The notes: generated by a model not told the origin, from the sequence alone. A stretch of DNA of 63,375 bases, filler included, from Aduncisulcus paluster (GCA_024181965.1; 5 parts of 5 records of this genome joined end to end with filler, not necessarily neighbours in it); one strand, 5' to 3'; positions 14,096 through 29,300 are shown, numbered from the whole stretch's first letter. Translations and numbers: made by a program.

Positions 14096-14586
14096 ACAAT
14101 ATCATTTATTGGAAATATTGGAAATTTTTTATTCCAAATGTCATTTTCAATAATCGAATGATTGATCAATCAATATCTTTCTCCTCGAACGATTCATAAC
14201 TTTGTTATATGATATCTAAATTCAAATATTTATAGCTTTTCTGTCAGAAAAATGCATTTTTCAAACAAATAAACAACAATATTTTTTAATAGTTTGTTCA
14301 TTTTGACCTTCCCGAAATGGATCTGTGAACCGAAGGACCAATCATTCGGATTCGTTTATTTAAGGCGTAATTTTTCCTTTGAATTATTATTCCTGTTGAT
14401 ATTATGATGGTTAAGGGGGTTCAAAACCCACTATCGCCCAATCAGACCATAGTAATTTTTTTTATTCGCTTTTGGTCATAAGTCTGCTGAAAAGGAGAAA
14501 ATTAGCTTCAATAGTTCTTTGGATTTGTGTTAAAACTCTATTTCTCAAAAGAAACTGTTCCTTATTTTTTTCTTACTCCTCTACAA

Positions 14587-17297
14587 ATGACTATCGTTTT
14601 AAATAATGTTTCTCCAATGCTATCTGATTCTAAAATCAGGGCAATGGCAATGCAATATGGGGAAGTTATTAATATTGTCCGAAAACGAGCCAATTCTGTC
14701 GTATTTATCGACTATTCATCAGAAGGTGCTGAGATTCTTGCAATACAGTCCTTTCATAACACTCGTATTAAAGAACGAATATTAAAGGCAGATGTGGCAC
14801 GAAAATGCCTTATTCAAGAAAATAAGCACTTTCACAGTGCGAGGCGGGCGATGCTTGCTGTTCGAAGGGCCGAAAGGAGAAAACTCCTTGCTGAAGCCAA
14901 ATGCCTCAGTATACAGTATGGTCCTGTTGAAATGAAAGAGTTGCAAAACGGTACAGCCCCCCATGAATACGATGATCCATACTACGGTCCTCTGATGCCA
15001 TATTTCTCTCAGCATCAACATTCTAGGGGTCATACTCAACATGGCAGTACTGTACCACATTCTTCTCAGTTGCCAGTGTCTGTTTCTCCATATTATCACG
15101 GTCAAAATCCTGTATCCGAGTTCCATCTTTCAGGACCTCCTGGATACCGATCATACCCCCCAGAATATCCTCCTGGAGCGGTGCCATATGGGTACCATCG
15201 TCCTCAATACCACGAAGAATATCGTCGTTCCGCCGGTGAGTATCAAGCACCAGGTGGTCCCGAGTATCCATCAAGAAGCGCCATGTCTTCTTCTATTCCT
15301 CTGTCATCTGCTCATCATCAGCCCTTTCTCCCCCCATTCTCTCGAAGTGCTCCTCAATCTATTGTTTCTCAGTCCCATCCCTCTCAATCTCATTCATCTT
15401 CATCATATCCTCATCGTCCCTCACCCCATTTTTTCTCTCCACCTCTAGTCACTAATCATACCCCTGAATACCCGTTCTCAGCTCCTCACCAACTCCATTA
15501 CCCCACTTCATCATCTTCATCCCATGAGTTTTCCTCCCACGAGTATCCTGCGCCCAGTGTTCACTACGATCATTCCCAATTGATGGGTGGGTCATCCATG
15601 TCAGCCCATCACCATACATCTGTCCCACATCACCCTGCTTCNNNNNNNNNNNNNNNNNNNNCATCCCTCTCAATCTCATTCATCTTCATCATATCCTCAT
15701 CGTCCCTCACCCCATTTTTTCTCTCCACCTCTAGTCACTAATCATACCCCTGAATACCCGTTCTCAGCTCCTCACCAACTCCATTACCCCACTTCATCAT
15801 CTTCATCCCATGAGTTTTCCTCCCACGAGTATCCTGCGCCCAGTGTTCACTACGATCATTCCCAATTGATGGGTGGGTCATCCATGTCAGCCCATCACCA
15901 TACATCTGTCCCACATCACCCTGCTTCTCGTTCTAGTGGGGCGGCTGCTGTTCATCCTGGTGCTGTTCATCCTGGCGGAGGTACGACTACTCGTGGGATT
16001 CACCCAACCCTTCAGTATCACCACCAAGGTTCCATTGTGACTCATTCTGCACCAGCCATTAGCACCAGAGAGCTGAAGTCTGAGTATGAGTCAATTCATG
16101 GGGGGTCAATCGGAATCGGGCATGACGACTTGAGCTGCAATTCAACACATGGGCATGTTCGTTCTGCAGGAGCAACTTTTCCTCTTTCATGGAAATCTGG
16201 AGGAGGAGGAGGCAGCACGAGTACTGTTGTGGCCCCTCTCGATGCATCAACGATCACAAGTCAATCATCTCAGGGCTTACATCAACCTTTACAATTGGGT
16301 TCGCGGCCTTCATCAACCTTAGCCGAAGACACATCCTTCGGCGGCAGTCAGGGTCATGTTCGTATGCTCTCTAATCCTTCTAATCCTGGTTCTTCTGGTT
16401 CAGCATCAAGTTCGGCATCAAGTTCAGCATCTTCCTCTTCTTTGATTCCTTCACAGCATCTCCGTCTAGGGTCTGGAAGTGCTCCTGGAGCTTTTGTGGG
16501 TGGTAGTACTATGGCTTCTGAAATTGATCATCAGTTCTCATCTATCGCTGGACAGTCCTCTTTCCACCATGTCTCATCTATGTCGTCTGATGGGAAATGT
16601 TACTCTGCTGTGAGTGTAGATGTTGGCGCAATGCCTTCCTCCTCCTCTTCTTCTTCCCCCTCTTCTTCTTCTAGCTCAAGTTCTAGCTCAAGTTCTAGTT
16701 CTAGTTCTAGTTGTGTTCTTGATGAACATAAATGTTCATTGAATGAGGATCAGCTGCATGGTGGAGTGAGGACTACCACATCTCATGGTGCTCCCACGTC
16801 AGCGTGTGTGTGTGCAACTCGTGATGGATTTGTTTCCGATTCAAAAATGGATTTTATTTCTCATTCAACGGGTCTAACTTCTTCTATCTCTCAGGGGAGT
16901 GAAATGTCTGAAGAAATGCCTACACTTGGTAGTGGCAGTGTGGGATTCACGGCTACAAATAAGGGATCGCAGCCTCAACTTGGAAAAGTCAAAACTTTTC
17001 CATTTAATGTTGATATGAGCTCAACTGCCCATCATTCTTCCTCCTCCTCTTCTTCTTCTTCTTCTTCTTCTTCTTCTTCTTCTTCTTCTTCTTCTGCAGC
17101 TATCACTCCGTCACATTCTTTTTCTCTCTCGGCGGCATCTTCTTCTCAGGCTCTAAATTTAGCGTACGTGTCTCCCACATTGGCTCCTTCTGATGCCTCT
17201 TCTGGCTCTCTCGGATATCATTCAACATACTCCTCAATGGCGTCTTCTTCTTCCTCCTCCTCTTCTTCTTCTTCCTCTTCTTCCTCTTCTTCTTCTG
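14587..17297 (+). CDS. RRM-domain RNA-binding protein with long Ser/His/Pro-rich tail (3'-partial)
   Basis: MTIVLNNVSPMLSDSKIRAMAMQYGEVINI...VVFIDYSS...AIQSFHNTRIKERILKADVA fits RNP2/RNP1 of an RRM. ORFs 14527.. and 15587.. join across the duplicated 15642-15661 gap and run to the scaffold end in poly-Ser. Confidence 0.75.
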
Positions 17298-17397
17298 NNN
17301 NNNNNNNNNNNNNNNNNNNNNNNNNNNNNNNNNNNNNNNNNTTAATTAATTAANNNNNNNNNNNNNNNNNNNNNNNNNNNNNNNNNNNNNNNNNNNN
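17298..17397. other. Artificial scaffold linker
   Basis: N-run + TTAATTAATTAA (stops in six frames) + N-run, 100 nt. Confidence 0.97.
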
Positions 17398-17398
17398 T

Positions 17399-20300
17399 GG
17401 TGGAACCCCCATAAAGATGTTCAATTTCGATCATTCGTATACGTCATCTGAATTTAAATCCATAGAATTCACTCTTCCTCCCCATACTTGCATTCCTCTG
17501 TCGATCTCTCTCCTTCTTAATGAGTCAAAGGCTATCAAGGACTGTATCGATGTTGTCAGTAGTAAGGGGGGTGATGGACGTTCCCACACAGCCATTCCAC
17601 TCACAGTAAGAGGTGTAGGAAGCGTGATTGTTAGTGTGGATGGCGAGGATTTCTCAAAACCTTTCTTCCTTGGTGAAGTCTTCACAAACACCCAGGCGAC
17701 TAGATCCATTACCCTTGAGAACAAAGGAGTCGTGGAGAGACGCATTACTTGGATATCATCCAATAAGGAAGGAAGGAAAGATAGAGATAAGAGAAGTGGG
17801 GAAGCTGAGGAGAAATCGATGGATAAACGGTCGTCGGGAATAACATCGAGTCGAACTACCCTTTCCTCAGGGTCGAATACTGACACTGATGGGGCCTCGA
17901 TGGCATCTACAACCTTTTCAATTACCCCTGCTTCCTTTACATTCCCTCCTGGTCACCGCCATACTTTTGTATGTTCAGGCATTAGCCCTTATCATGGTAA
18001 ATTCGAAGAGAAGTGGAACCTCAACTCGGTGAAGAAAGGTAGACACACATCCACCACTGTTTTCTCCCTCTCTCTCGCAGCCTCGTTCACTTCCCCTCTC
18101 GTCAGCGTGTTCTGTGATGGCCAAGAGGTCAAGAGAAGGGGTAAAGGTGAACTTACTTTCAAGGTACGGGGTGGTGGAGAAGGGGAAAAAGATGTTGTGC
18201 CTCGCATCAGACGTCTATTCCTTCACAATACTAGCCCACTCCCTCTGAGAGTGAGTTGTAGTACTTGTGGAGCCTTCTCTCTGATGTGGATTGGAGTAGG
18301 CTTTGGATCTGAAGCCAAGGAACAGCTAGAACCATCTGCTCTTCCCCCTCCTTCCTTCCCTGGTGGAATGTCTTCTTCCTCCTCCTCTTCTTCTTCTTCA
18401 TCGTCAGGATCTGTCAAACCAGCCAAGTTCCATTCCTCGATGCCCCTGTTTGGAGTCTATCACACTCACCCATGTTCCCTTGCTCCCAAGCAGTGGGTCT
18501 GCATTGACTGCATCTTTGACCCCTTCTATGATCCCACCCTAAAGATCATGGAGTACCGTGAGATCTTCTCTATTATGCTGATGAGTGGCATGAAAGATGA
18601 AACTTCATTCTCAAAGGTTGACTCTCTCTCAATGGGAGGACCCAATGGAGCATCCCCGGCCTCATTCCAGTCGCCCACGTCTTCCATTGTCTCGTTTGCT
18701 GCTCTTTCCTCCGTTGCGTCATCGGGGTCTATCTCGACATTCCCCAACAAACGGATTGTTTTCTCCTTGCATGGTGTCATTTCCACTCCTTGTGTGCGTG
18801 TGAGTGAAAACCATGTTGATTTTGGATATGTCATGAATGGTAGCTGTGTCACAAGGGTTATTACTGCCCATAATGATACTGATATGAATGTAAGTGTCAA
18901 TTGTTCATGTAAGGCTATAGCTGTTGAGAAGAAGCCCACAGATCAACAAGGAGATAGGTCTCGCTCCGCAAGCAGAAAAGGTAGTATAATTGGTAAACAC
19001 AAGAGTCCTATTGCTGTGATACATGCTCGTTCTCAAGACGGCGCTGGGAAAGGCCCCACTTCTTCGACTCCTTCCCCTCTCCTGGCCGCAATGTCTGCTG
19101 GGTCTCCTCAAGGCATTCCTTCAGCTCAAGCATCACCCACAGTCGTTCCAACTGAGCCTTGTCCTTTCTCAATTACTCCATCGTCATTCCTCTTGCTTCC
19201 CAACTCATCTTTGCCTCTGACCTTAACATATTTCCCTCTTCCAAACAGATCTAGCAACTATAATCTGACGCTTCATACACAGGGGAGTTCAGAAATGATA
19301 TCGTTGCGCGGGTGTGGAAGGAATCCAAGGATTGGAGTTGACACTCATGACCTCGACTTTGGAGTTCTTAGCTTCTCTAAGGCTTCAGCGAGGGAGATCA
19401 CCCTCACAAACTACTCTAAGATGCCGCTTGAATGGTGTGGAGTCTGCGAGGTTGGCAGGCAAGGTCGAGGTGCCATGGCTGGAGGAGGTTCTGGTGCAAG
19501 TGAAGAAGATGGTGATAAGGGAGCGTCCTTGTCTATCTCTCCTTCAAAGGGTGAAATCCAACCCGGAGAACGGGTATCTCTGAAGGTAGTCCTTAAGTCT
19601 ATGCCATCTCCTTCACAACCTTTCTCTTCAAGCTCTTCTCCATCCTTCCAGATAGCCGGTGTGGTCGATCTCCGTGTTGGTCACGGTACATGTGAAAAAG
19701 TCCATATTCGAGGTGTCTGTGCCGTTGCTTCTCTTTCTCTAAATATCCCAGAGGCTAAGTACATTGGTGAGAGTATTCCTGAGATCAGAAATCGTTTTAG
19801 AGAAGCTGAGAAGTGGAAAGGGGCAAGTTGTCTATCCGATTCTTGCATCACTGAAGAAGGAGAAGTCACTCATCGTGAAGGTGATGAAGAGACTGGAGAT
19901 ATGTCATTTGCTAAAGATCATAGTAACTCATCTGGTATCGCAGAGGATGATTCTGAAGAGGCCAAGAAAGCCGCATTTATTTCTTCCCTTCCTCTCTCAA
20001 CTATGCACAAACGTCAGGCTCAATCCAAAGGTATTCTTGCTCATTATGTGCTCAATGCTGGTGCTATCATTCGTGGCACCACCGTTCAGAAGACTTTCAC
20101 AATCAAGAATACTGGAATATCTCCTGTTCGAATGGATGTTCCTATATTTGTGGGAGGTGTACGAGAGTCTTACCCCCTTCTTGAGAACGGTGAGCCTGAT
20201 CCCTCAAACCCTCCATCCCAAGTATCTCTACTGCCATCGGTGACCATCAACCCTGAGCATATGCCTCGTCTCTCAGAGGCCCATTCGTTGACGGTGACTG

Positions 20301-23300
20301 TATCTGTGTCCACGTCCTTGCTCCCTTCTGATGAAACGTGTGTCATGCATATTCCTATTGTCGTCAAGGGAGGTCCTCTGGTCATTGTTACTGTCGTTCT
20401 GTTCGTTTCAATGCCACAGTTGGTAGTTGAGGAGGTGGGTGAAGAGATGGTCACCAAGAAGAAGGAACAGTCCAACCGCTTAAAGAAAGAACGTCTTCTA
20501 TGGAAACATCATGAGGACAGTGAAATTACTGATATTACTACTCAGACTCTTGGTAAAGACAAAGATATCTCTGGTTCCGAGCAGAAGAAAGAAGAAGAGG
20601 ACAAGACTGCCGATGTTGTTGAGAAGGAAGAAGGTGAGAATAGCCAGCAAGAATATGATGAACAGGATTACAGTGATGAATACTCTGAGGAAAACAGTGA
20701 ACCCTCACAGATCACTACATCTCGTAAGCGTGCTCTTTTGTCGCTCCCTTCATCAATTTCAATGACATCTCCGACCCACATCTCTCTGTGTCTTGGATCT
20801 GTCCTGGTAGGTGTCAAAAGAACTCGCTCATTGTCTTTATTCAACCCAACTCCATTGCCCGTCACATTCAGTATTCCTGAGCTTATCGGAACTGGGCGCA
20901 AGGAGGAACGTTTCTCTGTGTCTCCAAAGAATGGTGTTGTCAAGAGTCTTGGAAGATGCCGTCTCAAGATATCATTCCTCGGTGCACTCTCCCAACCTAC
21001 CCCTCCTACTCCAATTGTGTGGAAGAGCAAAGAAGAGATTCGTCAAAAGGGGAAAGATGAAACTCCCGGGATTGTATGTCCCCCTGTTCACCATACATGC
21101 AAATGTCTCGTACGATTCTCGAATAATCCTCAGCCACTTCATATAAATCTCTCTGCTGCTTCCGTCCCACCACCGATATCTCTCTCTTCCTCCGCTATTC
21201 ACCTTGGTTCTTGCCTTCCTATTACTCCAGAAGTCATTATAAGAGCCAACGATGAGAAGAAGAAAGTCTTGGATCGGATTGCCGAAGAAGAGAAGGCTGC
21301 TCAACAGGAAGGAGCTGGTCAGGGAAAGGGAAAAGGTGGCAGCAGTAAGGGTAAAGGTGGAGCTGACAAAGGAAAGGACAAAGGGAAAGGAGGGAAAGGA
21401 GGTAAACAGGGTGCTTCAGAAGACTCTGATGATACCCCTTCGCCTGATATGCTTCTTCCTAATGTCTGTATTGGATCGTTTACTCTTAGCAACACTGCAT
21501 CCCATGAGGTTGAGGTCATTTGTGACAGTTATGATATCGAGAAGAAGAAAGAAGAGAAGCTCATTCAACACATTATAGCCACAGAGTTCAAGAGAAGAAA
21601 GAAGGCTGCACGTCAGAAACCTCATAATGCGAGTCATGGAGTATCTTCTCACGAAGCTCCCAGTGGATTGTCTGGTAATGAAGCGAAGGATGATGGTACT
21701 GGAGCTTCGCAGTCTGATATGATCTCATATTCTGAGACTATGCTTCATCTCCCTGTATTGAAGAATGGGGAGACGTTGCAAGGGGTCCTTGAGAAAGAAA
21801 GAGCTGAACATTTGGAAGGGGAGGATGGTATCGTTTCTCATGATCAATCTAGTGCTCCCCCGAGGGATGTCACTTCCTCTTTCTTCTCTTCTCTCTCACC
21901 TCTCACCCTTTCTCTTGCTCAGAGAAAGATTGTTGAACAGAAGCTTGGCTTTGGGATTCCTAAACTCCCATCTCTTCCTTTCAGAGTATACCTTGTCTTT
22001 TCTTGTGCAAGAACCCTCTTTTCCCTCATTGCACAAGCTGTTGAACTCAACCGATCCATGTATGACAAATCATGTAAGATATTTGGTATAGATTTCCAGA
22101 CTATCTCAAGAGCAGAAGGTGAAGAAGGAAGTGCCTCTGAATCGTGTGTTTGGGTTCAACCCGACAGCTCAAGTATTATTAATAATAACGAAGATGATAG
22201 CAGTGAAAGAACAACTGAAATGGGTTCTCTTGTGAAATGTCCTTCATCTCCAAGTATTGAAGGAGCCATGGGAGTATTTATTTGTATATCCACTTTTGGC
22301 CATAGTTCTTCTACTTCAAAGCAGTCAATTACTTCTGCCTCTGATGACTCTGAACAACAAGACAAAAATAGTCCAACAACAACCGATGAGGGTCAGATTG
22401 ACAAGTCTGTTGCTTCTTTATGCCCCCCATCAGTGCAACCTCTCTCACGGGGTGTATTGGACAAGATATCAGGCTTTATGGAATCGATCAAGACTGTTGT
22501 GTCTGAACACAATAAGAATATATTCGAAATGATAAACACTCAATTCCACACATTTGCTGCTGAAAGCGATGAAGATAAACAAATACTTTCTCAAGAATAT
22601 AAAAATAGAACGTCTCATCTTGAAGTCTCAATCATCCGTGACGATGAGTCTGCCTCCCCTGTTGTGTTACGTCAGAGAGAGCTCAAGAACAAAGAGCTTC
22701 AGTTCTCAATGTTGAAATACCCAGCCCAACCTACCATCCCTGGATCTGAGTGTCCCTCTGGTGCTAACAGTAATACAGATGAAGAGGATGGAACAACTCC
22801 GCCACATGTATGCTCTGAGTCGTCTTTCTCTCTTCTTCCTCCTCACACTCGGATGCAGTTCCAGAGGAGTCTTACTGCATATAAGACAGAGAGAGAGACC
22901 ATTAGACGGAGAAGGTTACGCAAGAAGAAGGAGATTGATAGAGAAAAGAAGAGATTAGATTGGGAAAGGGAATTGATAATACTCTCGAAGCTTGTGGCAG
23001 AAGAAGAAGAGAAAAGAAAGGCCGAGGAAGCTTCTCAGGGTTCTAAGGCTAAAAGTAGTGCTTCTAAAGGAAGCAAGCAAGCTCCAAAGGGAGGAAAAGG
23101 TTCTAAAGGATCCACCAATATTGATGATTCCGAATCACAAACTCCATCATTGAGCTCCCAATATCCCATCCCAACTCTCTCCATCCTTGACCAATTCCAG
23201 ACTATTCTCTCATCTGCTATAAGATTAGGTATCCCAACCCCTAGTGTATTCAAGAAGGAAGTCCAGAAAGTCATGAAGAAGTTCGAGGCTCAGTCGGCTG

Positions 23301-26300
23301 AGATGAAGGAGAAAGAAAGCAGTGGGAAAGGTGGGAAAGGTGGAAAAGGAGGACCCAAGGGAGGAAAAGGAGGAGCTAAAGGTTCTTCTTCTTCTTCTGA
23401 ACTCAATTTAGAGTCTCTCACACCTGATTTGATTCCTCCTCTTCCTCCTCAAATGCTTAGTAATGACTCAACCAAAGAATCTCTGGAATTCATGGCTGAT
23501 TTGTGGAAATGTGTCGTTGGTTCCTTTGAACAATGGGGTAAACTATGTACATATGAGACACCAGAAGAACGTGAAGCTCGTGAATTGGCTGAACGTGAGG
23601 CTGAGCAGAAGGATTCAAAGGGGAAGAAAGGAAAACCCGTTCAAGCAAAGGGTGGAAAGGGGGCCAAATCCATGCAAGTCGATGAGAATGAACAGGAAGA
23701 GTCAACTGTCCAACCGCCAGCATTGATTGAGAATGCTCTTCGCAAAGTCTGTGTTTATATTTGCAATCCCTTGAAAGATGCTGAAAGGAAAGAAGAAAAA
23801 GAAGGAGAAGGAGAACAAAAGACGATATCTCAACGCCACTCTCTTTCGGATCTGTTCTCTGATTCTCTGTCAAGATCATTTGCAGGTTTCTTCTCTGCTC
23901 TTTCCTCTCTTGAGTTCTTGCTATCTGTGTGTACCAATGAAGAGAAAGAGAAGGAATACCAGACTGAAGAGCGGTTGGTTGAGCTTAAACTAACTAAAAG
24001 AACATCCATCTCACTTGTTGGTAATAGTAAGGATAGGCCATCTACTGTTACAAGCACCCAAAAGGGCCAAGGAGCCTCGTCTCTTGTTAAACAACCCCTT
24101 AGTGGAGTGGAGACCTCTATCTCCGACACACCACGTAATGCTGTTTCTACTGGTCTTGATGTTACTTCTTCATCCGCCATTGCCGTCGTCTCTGGAGAAT
24201 CTGAGACCAGCAGTATTGATCTCCCTGCCTCAGTCCTCATGCCTGATCTGTTGAAGCCTTGCCTCAAGTTCATATCTGAGAGTGAGTATCTTGCTTTATC
24301 TGGCACTAGGACTTTACTCACCAGTGCTGCCTTATTCCCCATCCCTGCAGAGCCACCTCATCGCTTCATTGTGCCAGCCAAAGGTGAAAAGAAGGTATAT
24401 GTTTTATTCCATTCTACTTCTCCCTTCGTTCTCTCCAGAACTCTCTCATTCTCCTCTCCCAACTGCCCTTCCTCCCATTCTGTTCGTATCCATATCCAAG
24501 CCGTGTGTGAGTATGGGCATGTTCAAGAAGACGGGAAAGAATTGTTTAAATTAGCTGGTGTCACATCAGAACACTATTCTGGGGCTCCTCATGCAGCTTG
24601 GGATGTGTCTTCTGGTGAGAAACAAACAGATCTCTCGGATACTTCTTCAGAAGAAAGTCAGAAAACTTCAGGATCCAACCGACCCGACTTCTCTGCCCCT
24701 GGGAGAAAAGAAGATGAGAAGGGAGATGGAAGATCTTCTGTCGCTTTTGCTGATGATAAAGATAATCACCTGCAGAAAGAAGAAGGGAATGTTGCTACTA
24801 ATGAAGCTCGTGAAGATACTGGTTCTCCGAAACCTGAGTCCAGATTAGGTTCTTCTGCTTCTTCTGCCCGTCTTCGTGCTCTCGGTATTAAGAAGATATC
24901 TCATTTGCCACCTTCAGGGCCATATATACCCCCTGTCAGTGTCGAACAGGGTAAATTCGTTCAGAATCGTAGTGCTTTCTCCTTTGGAACAGTCAGATGT
25001 GGTCTTCGTGCCCAAGAGATAATTTCTATACTCAACCGAGTGTGGAATGAGACGTGTGCCCATGCTCTTGCTGAGATGCGAGTAATCGACCATGAGGCAG
25101 CAAGGTTTGTCATTCGCAAGGAAGGAGGGGAAGATAGCGATGAGGCTGAGATTAAGAGATTGGTGCCTTCTCTAGGAAAGAAGAGAGGGAAAGGTGACAG
25201 GAAGAGCGGTAAGGAAGATGGGGATTCTCCAGCTCACGTGTCCAACCCTGGACTCTCTATCTCCTCGAGTCTTTCTTCTTCCTTGTTAAGTAGTGCCATT
25301 GATCTCTTCTCTCTTCTTTTCCCGCATCCTACTGATTTATGTGGTGAAAAGGTTAAGGAAAGACAAGATATGAAAGAAGATGCTACGTTATCTTCCTCAT
25401 CTCCTTTCCATGAACTCCAACCGATCACTGATGCTATATTGACTGGGTTTTCTCTCGAAGAACACGAATGTTTAAGCCATTTCACCCCTGGAGCTATTGC
25501 TTCCTTTGCCATNNNNNNNNNNNNNNNNNNNNGAAGATGGGGATTCTCCAGCTCACGTGTCCAACCCTGGACTCTCTATCTCCTCGAGTCTTTCTTCTTC
25601 CTTGTTAAGTAGTGCCATTGATCTCTTCTCTCTTCTTTTCCCGCATCCTACTGATTTATGTGGTGAAAAGGTTAAGGAAAGACAAGATATGAAAGAAGAT
25701 GCTACGTTATCTTCCTCATCTCCTTTCCATGAACTCCAACCGATCACTGATGCTATATTGACTGGGTTTTCTCTCGAAGAACACGAATGTTTAAGCCATT
25801 TCACCCCTGGAGCTATTGCTTCCTTTGCCATATCTCTTCTCAAAATCATCCATTCTGCTATTCCTCCCCATTTTGTGTCCCATTTCTCTCCTATTGTGCT
25901 CAATAATAGCACAATCACCCATGCGGTGACTCATTTGTCGTTTGTTCATGAAGGAGTCTGTGAGAATGAAGAGAAAGGAAGGAAGTTGAGAGCAAGTGCA
26001 CTCTCTGGTGATCAAGACAGTAAGGACACTGCAAGAAAGGATGCAAAGGGGAAAGGTGGTAAAAAGCCTTCAAAGTCAGGTAAGAGCGGTAAAGGCGCTA
26101 ACAATGTTACTGAGGAAGAAGAGGAACCTCCTTCTTTACTGCTTTCTCATTATCAACAATTTGCTGTGTTCCCTCCAAAACCCATTGCTGTTTCACCTCA
26201 TTCTTCTCGACCTGCTTTCCTTCTCTTCTCCCCTTCTCACACTCAATCTCATTGTCTTGATTATCTCTGTGTGAAGTGCGACAATGCACCAGAAAGTTCG

Positions 26301-29300
26301 CCTATTCCTGTGTCTGGTATTGGAATGATTCCAAAACTTGATATATCTGTCCCATATCCTAAATTTGACTTGATGAGCAGAGGTCTTGAGGAATCAGAAC
26401 AAAGGGCTTTAAAAGCAATGATGAAGCGAGATGGTTGTGAATTTGAAGACACAAAGGAGGAACAGGAAGAGGTTGCACCAAAGAAAGGAGCCAAGGGAGG
26501 AGCCAAGGGAGGAGCAAAGGGAGGAGCTAAGGGGAGCAAGAACGCTGAGCAAGAACTAGATGAACAATTGGATATTGCCCCATCTCCGAACTCTCCCATG
26601 TATCTTGTGACTGAGCGTTCTCTTTGTGATTCTATGATTTCTTCCAGTATTACAATAACTAATCCAACATGGTTGAATTGCTTGTATGTTTGTGAAGGTC
26701 AAGATATTCTCATCCATAATCCTGAACCCTCAGCTAAATGGGAGAAAGAGAAAGAGAAAGAGAGAGAGAAAGAACTTGAGATTCGTCGAGCTAAGAAGAA
26801 CATTAGAGTCGATGTATACGATGGGCACGGAATCCTTGCCCCTGGAGAGAGTAGAAAGATCCCAGTGAAAATCAAGCTGATTGATGGTGTTCTTCGTGTT
26901 GTCGTCAAGCTCAGTGTTTTCCACGCTTCCTCCAAGGTTGATCTTGGCCGTTTGCTACAATACAAACAGACTCAGACTCAGACTTCTCGAATGCTCTCGT
27001 CTGTTCCCCTGTTAGCAGCTCCTCTCTACACAACGCCCATCTCAATAATAGCTGAGGGATTCACGTGTGCCGTTGATGTGGATATCTTGAATCCTGAGAA
27101 TGGAAACAGATGTGAAGCAGGGTTGTCTCTCGGTCATCTCCAGACCACTGTCCCTTGCTATCGTGTGATGTGTCTCAAGAACACCTCCCCGTACCGTCTA
27201 TCTTTCTCTCTAAGTTGTAAGAAGAGCATTGGAGAAGTGCTTAGAGTCGAAGGAGGGAAAGGAATATTGCTGACAGATGGAGAATCTCCAGAAGATGAAC
27301 TTCAAGAGGACATTGGCACCACTGGAAAAGGAAAGAAGGATGCAAAGGGAGGAAAGAAACCATCCAAGGGAAAAGTAGGGGCTGAGGCCGCCACTGATTT
27401 GTCCTTAAGTGTGAAGAAGGCTGAACCTTATCTGACGCAATATGGTATCGATCCTTCAGTTTTCCCGACCGATTTACCTCCCCATTGTCATTTGGTCTTG
27501 CTTCGTTGTCACACTAGGAAAGAGATTGAAGTCGAGAGATCTCATGTTACCTTAAAACTCTATGAACACACTAAAGAAGGTGAAGAAAAAGTATTGTTAA
27601 TGCAGATTCCTATCCCTGTATCCTTCAAAGCCCTATATTCTCGTTTCAGCCTTGAAGAATACAATGGCCCCATTATTGAGGATGTTGATGCCACAGATGC
27701 AGGAATAATGGACCAAAATGAAGAGAAGGAGGAACCTGTTGATTCTGCTCAAGGAGTAGAGCCAGAGCAAGGCACTGGTGCCGATAAGATGGCTGTTCCC
27801 CAACCATTCGTATTCTCTTCCACCGACCGTGCTTCTAATCTTCCACTTCCCATCCCTCGCCCTCTCTCCGTCCTCGTTGGATATGTTGCACAGGGGGACG
27901 AACTTAAGAGGTATTTCACTCTTTCAAACACTGGTCCCTTCCCTTTCTCATTCTCTCTTCACGATCACTTCGAAGCAAGGAAAGTGGCTAAAGAAAAGGG
28001 AATTACTCATGAACAGCTAAAAATAGAACTTGAGAAGATTGCTGGAGAAAAAGAAAAACTCCGTTTAGCTGCTGAACAAGAAGCCTTGAATGCTGAGTCA
28101 GGGAAGAAAGGAGCATCCAAAGCTAAAGGAGGGAAAGGAAAAATTGAGGATGAAGAGAATGTTGATGAAGTCTTACCGCTTCCCGAGACTCTATTCTTGT
28201 CTCCCTGCATGTCTATTTCCCCAGCACATGGAGAGATTGAGGTTGGAGGCAGTGTGGGGATCTGCGTGAAGTGCATCGGTGACGGCAGCATTAGACGTGA
28301 CGCTTCAGTTGCTCTGTGTATAAGCAATATGGATCCCAAGGAGTGCAATATACCTCAATATGTCAAGGATGAAGAGGAGAAACTTGAGAAGGAAGAAGAG
28401 GAGAAATTGAATCCTCCTTGTTCAGGTGACATGAATGGAAAGACAGCTCTGGATACCGACATGATAGTTGGAAACGCTGATGACAAGGGTTCTCATGTAC
28501 AGTCTAAGTCGGATAGAGCTGATACTTCTAAGATACAATCTGAAGAAATAATGGTAAAAACAAAGGGTATGGAAGAGAAAGCAGAGGATAAACAAAGAGA
28601 AAAGGAGAAAGAAGGGGTAACAACTGACTTATCCAAGACTCCATTTGTTCCCTTCAAGAAGCGTAAGGTTCAGAGTTATCTTGTGTCACACGCCCTTCTA
28701 AAACCCCCGACTCGGATATCTCCAGCCGATCGCAAGAACGCTGAAGATCTTCCTCCTCCTCTTCCTCCTTTCTTCTCTTTCCACCTATATTTCCATTCTG
28801 TTCTTCCTTCTCTTTCCTCCTCCTTGACCAGGATCTTTGAGGAAGTCATGTTGGAGAGGAGCAGTGAAGTAAGTGGTTTGGTGTCTCAACGTGGTGTTTG
28901 TGTATATGATCAAGAACGTAACACTCTCAGATTCCCGTCTACAATGCTTCAGACGACATCTGCTTCCCGTGTGTGTCTGTCCAATCCTTTGGAAGTTGGT
29001 GTTTGGGTACGTATACAAGTATCTGATGCTGGAGTTCCTGGTTCCGACCAAGAAGAATCTCTCTCCATGGATCAGAAGCCTCCAAGTGGTGCCAAAGGAA
29101 AATCTGATAAAGGCAAGAAAGGTGGAAAGAAGAAGGATGATGCTGACCTTGTTGACACCACTCCTTCCTTCCCGTTCTCTTGTATCCCTTCTTCGCTTTT
29201 CATACCTGCTCATGAGTCAAGCTTTGTCACTCTGGCTTATGCTCCTGACTCTGAGAAAGAGAGGAATGCTGAATGTTCTATTTCTGTCCGTGTTTTGAGA

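Noticed and set aside
14400..14492. Possible box C/D snoRNA (ATGATGG...CTGA) upstream of the RRM gene
   Set aside because: Imperfect C box and no guide target identifiable by eye.
16636..17297. (TCT/TCC)n tracts and the many short antisense or overlapping ORFs throughout
   Set aside because: Poly-Ser/Glu coding microsatellites and shadow ORFs of long genes.
17342..17353. TTAATTAATTAA palindrome repeated four times in the window
   Set aside because: Artificial six-frame-stop linker; neighbourhoods across it are meaningless.
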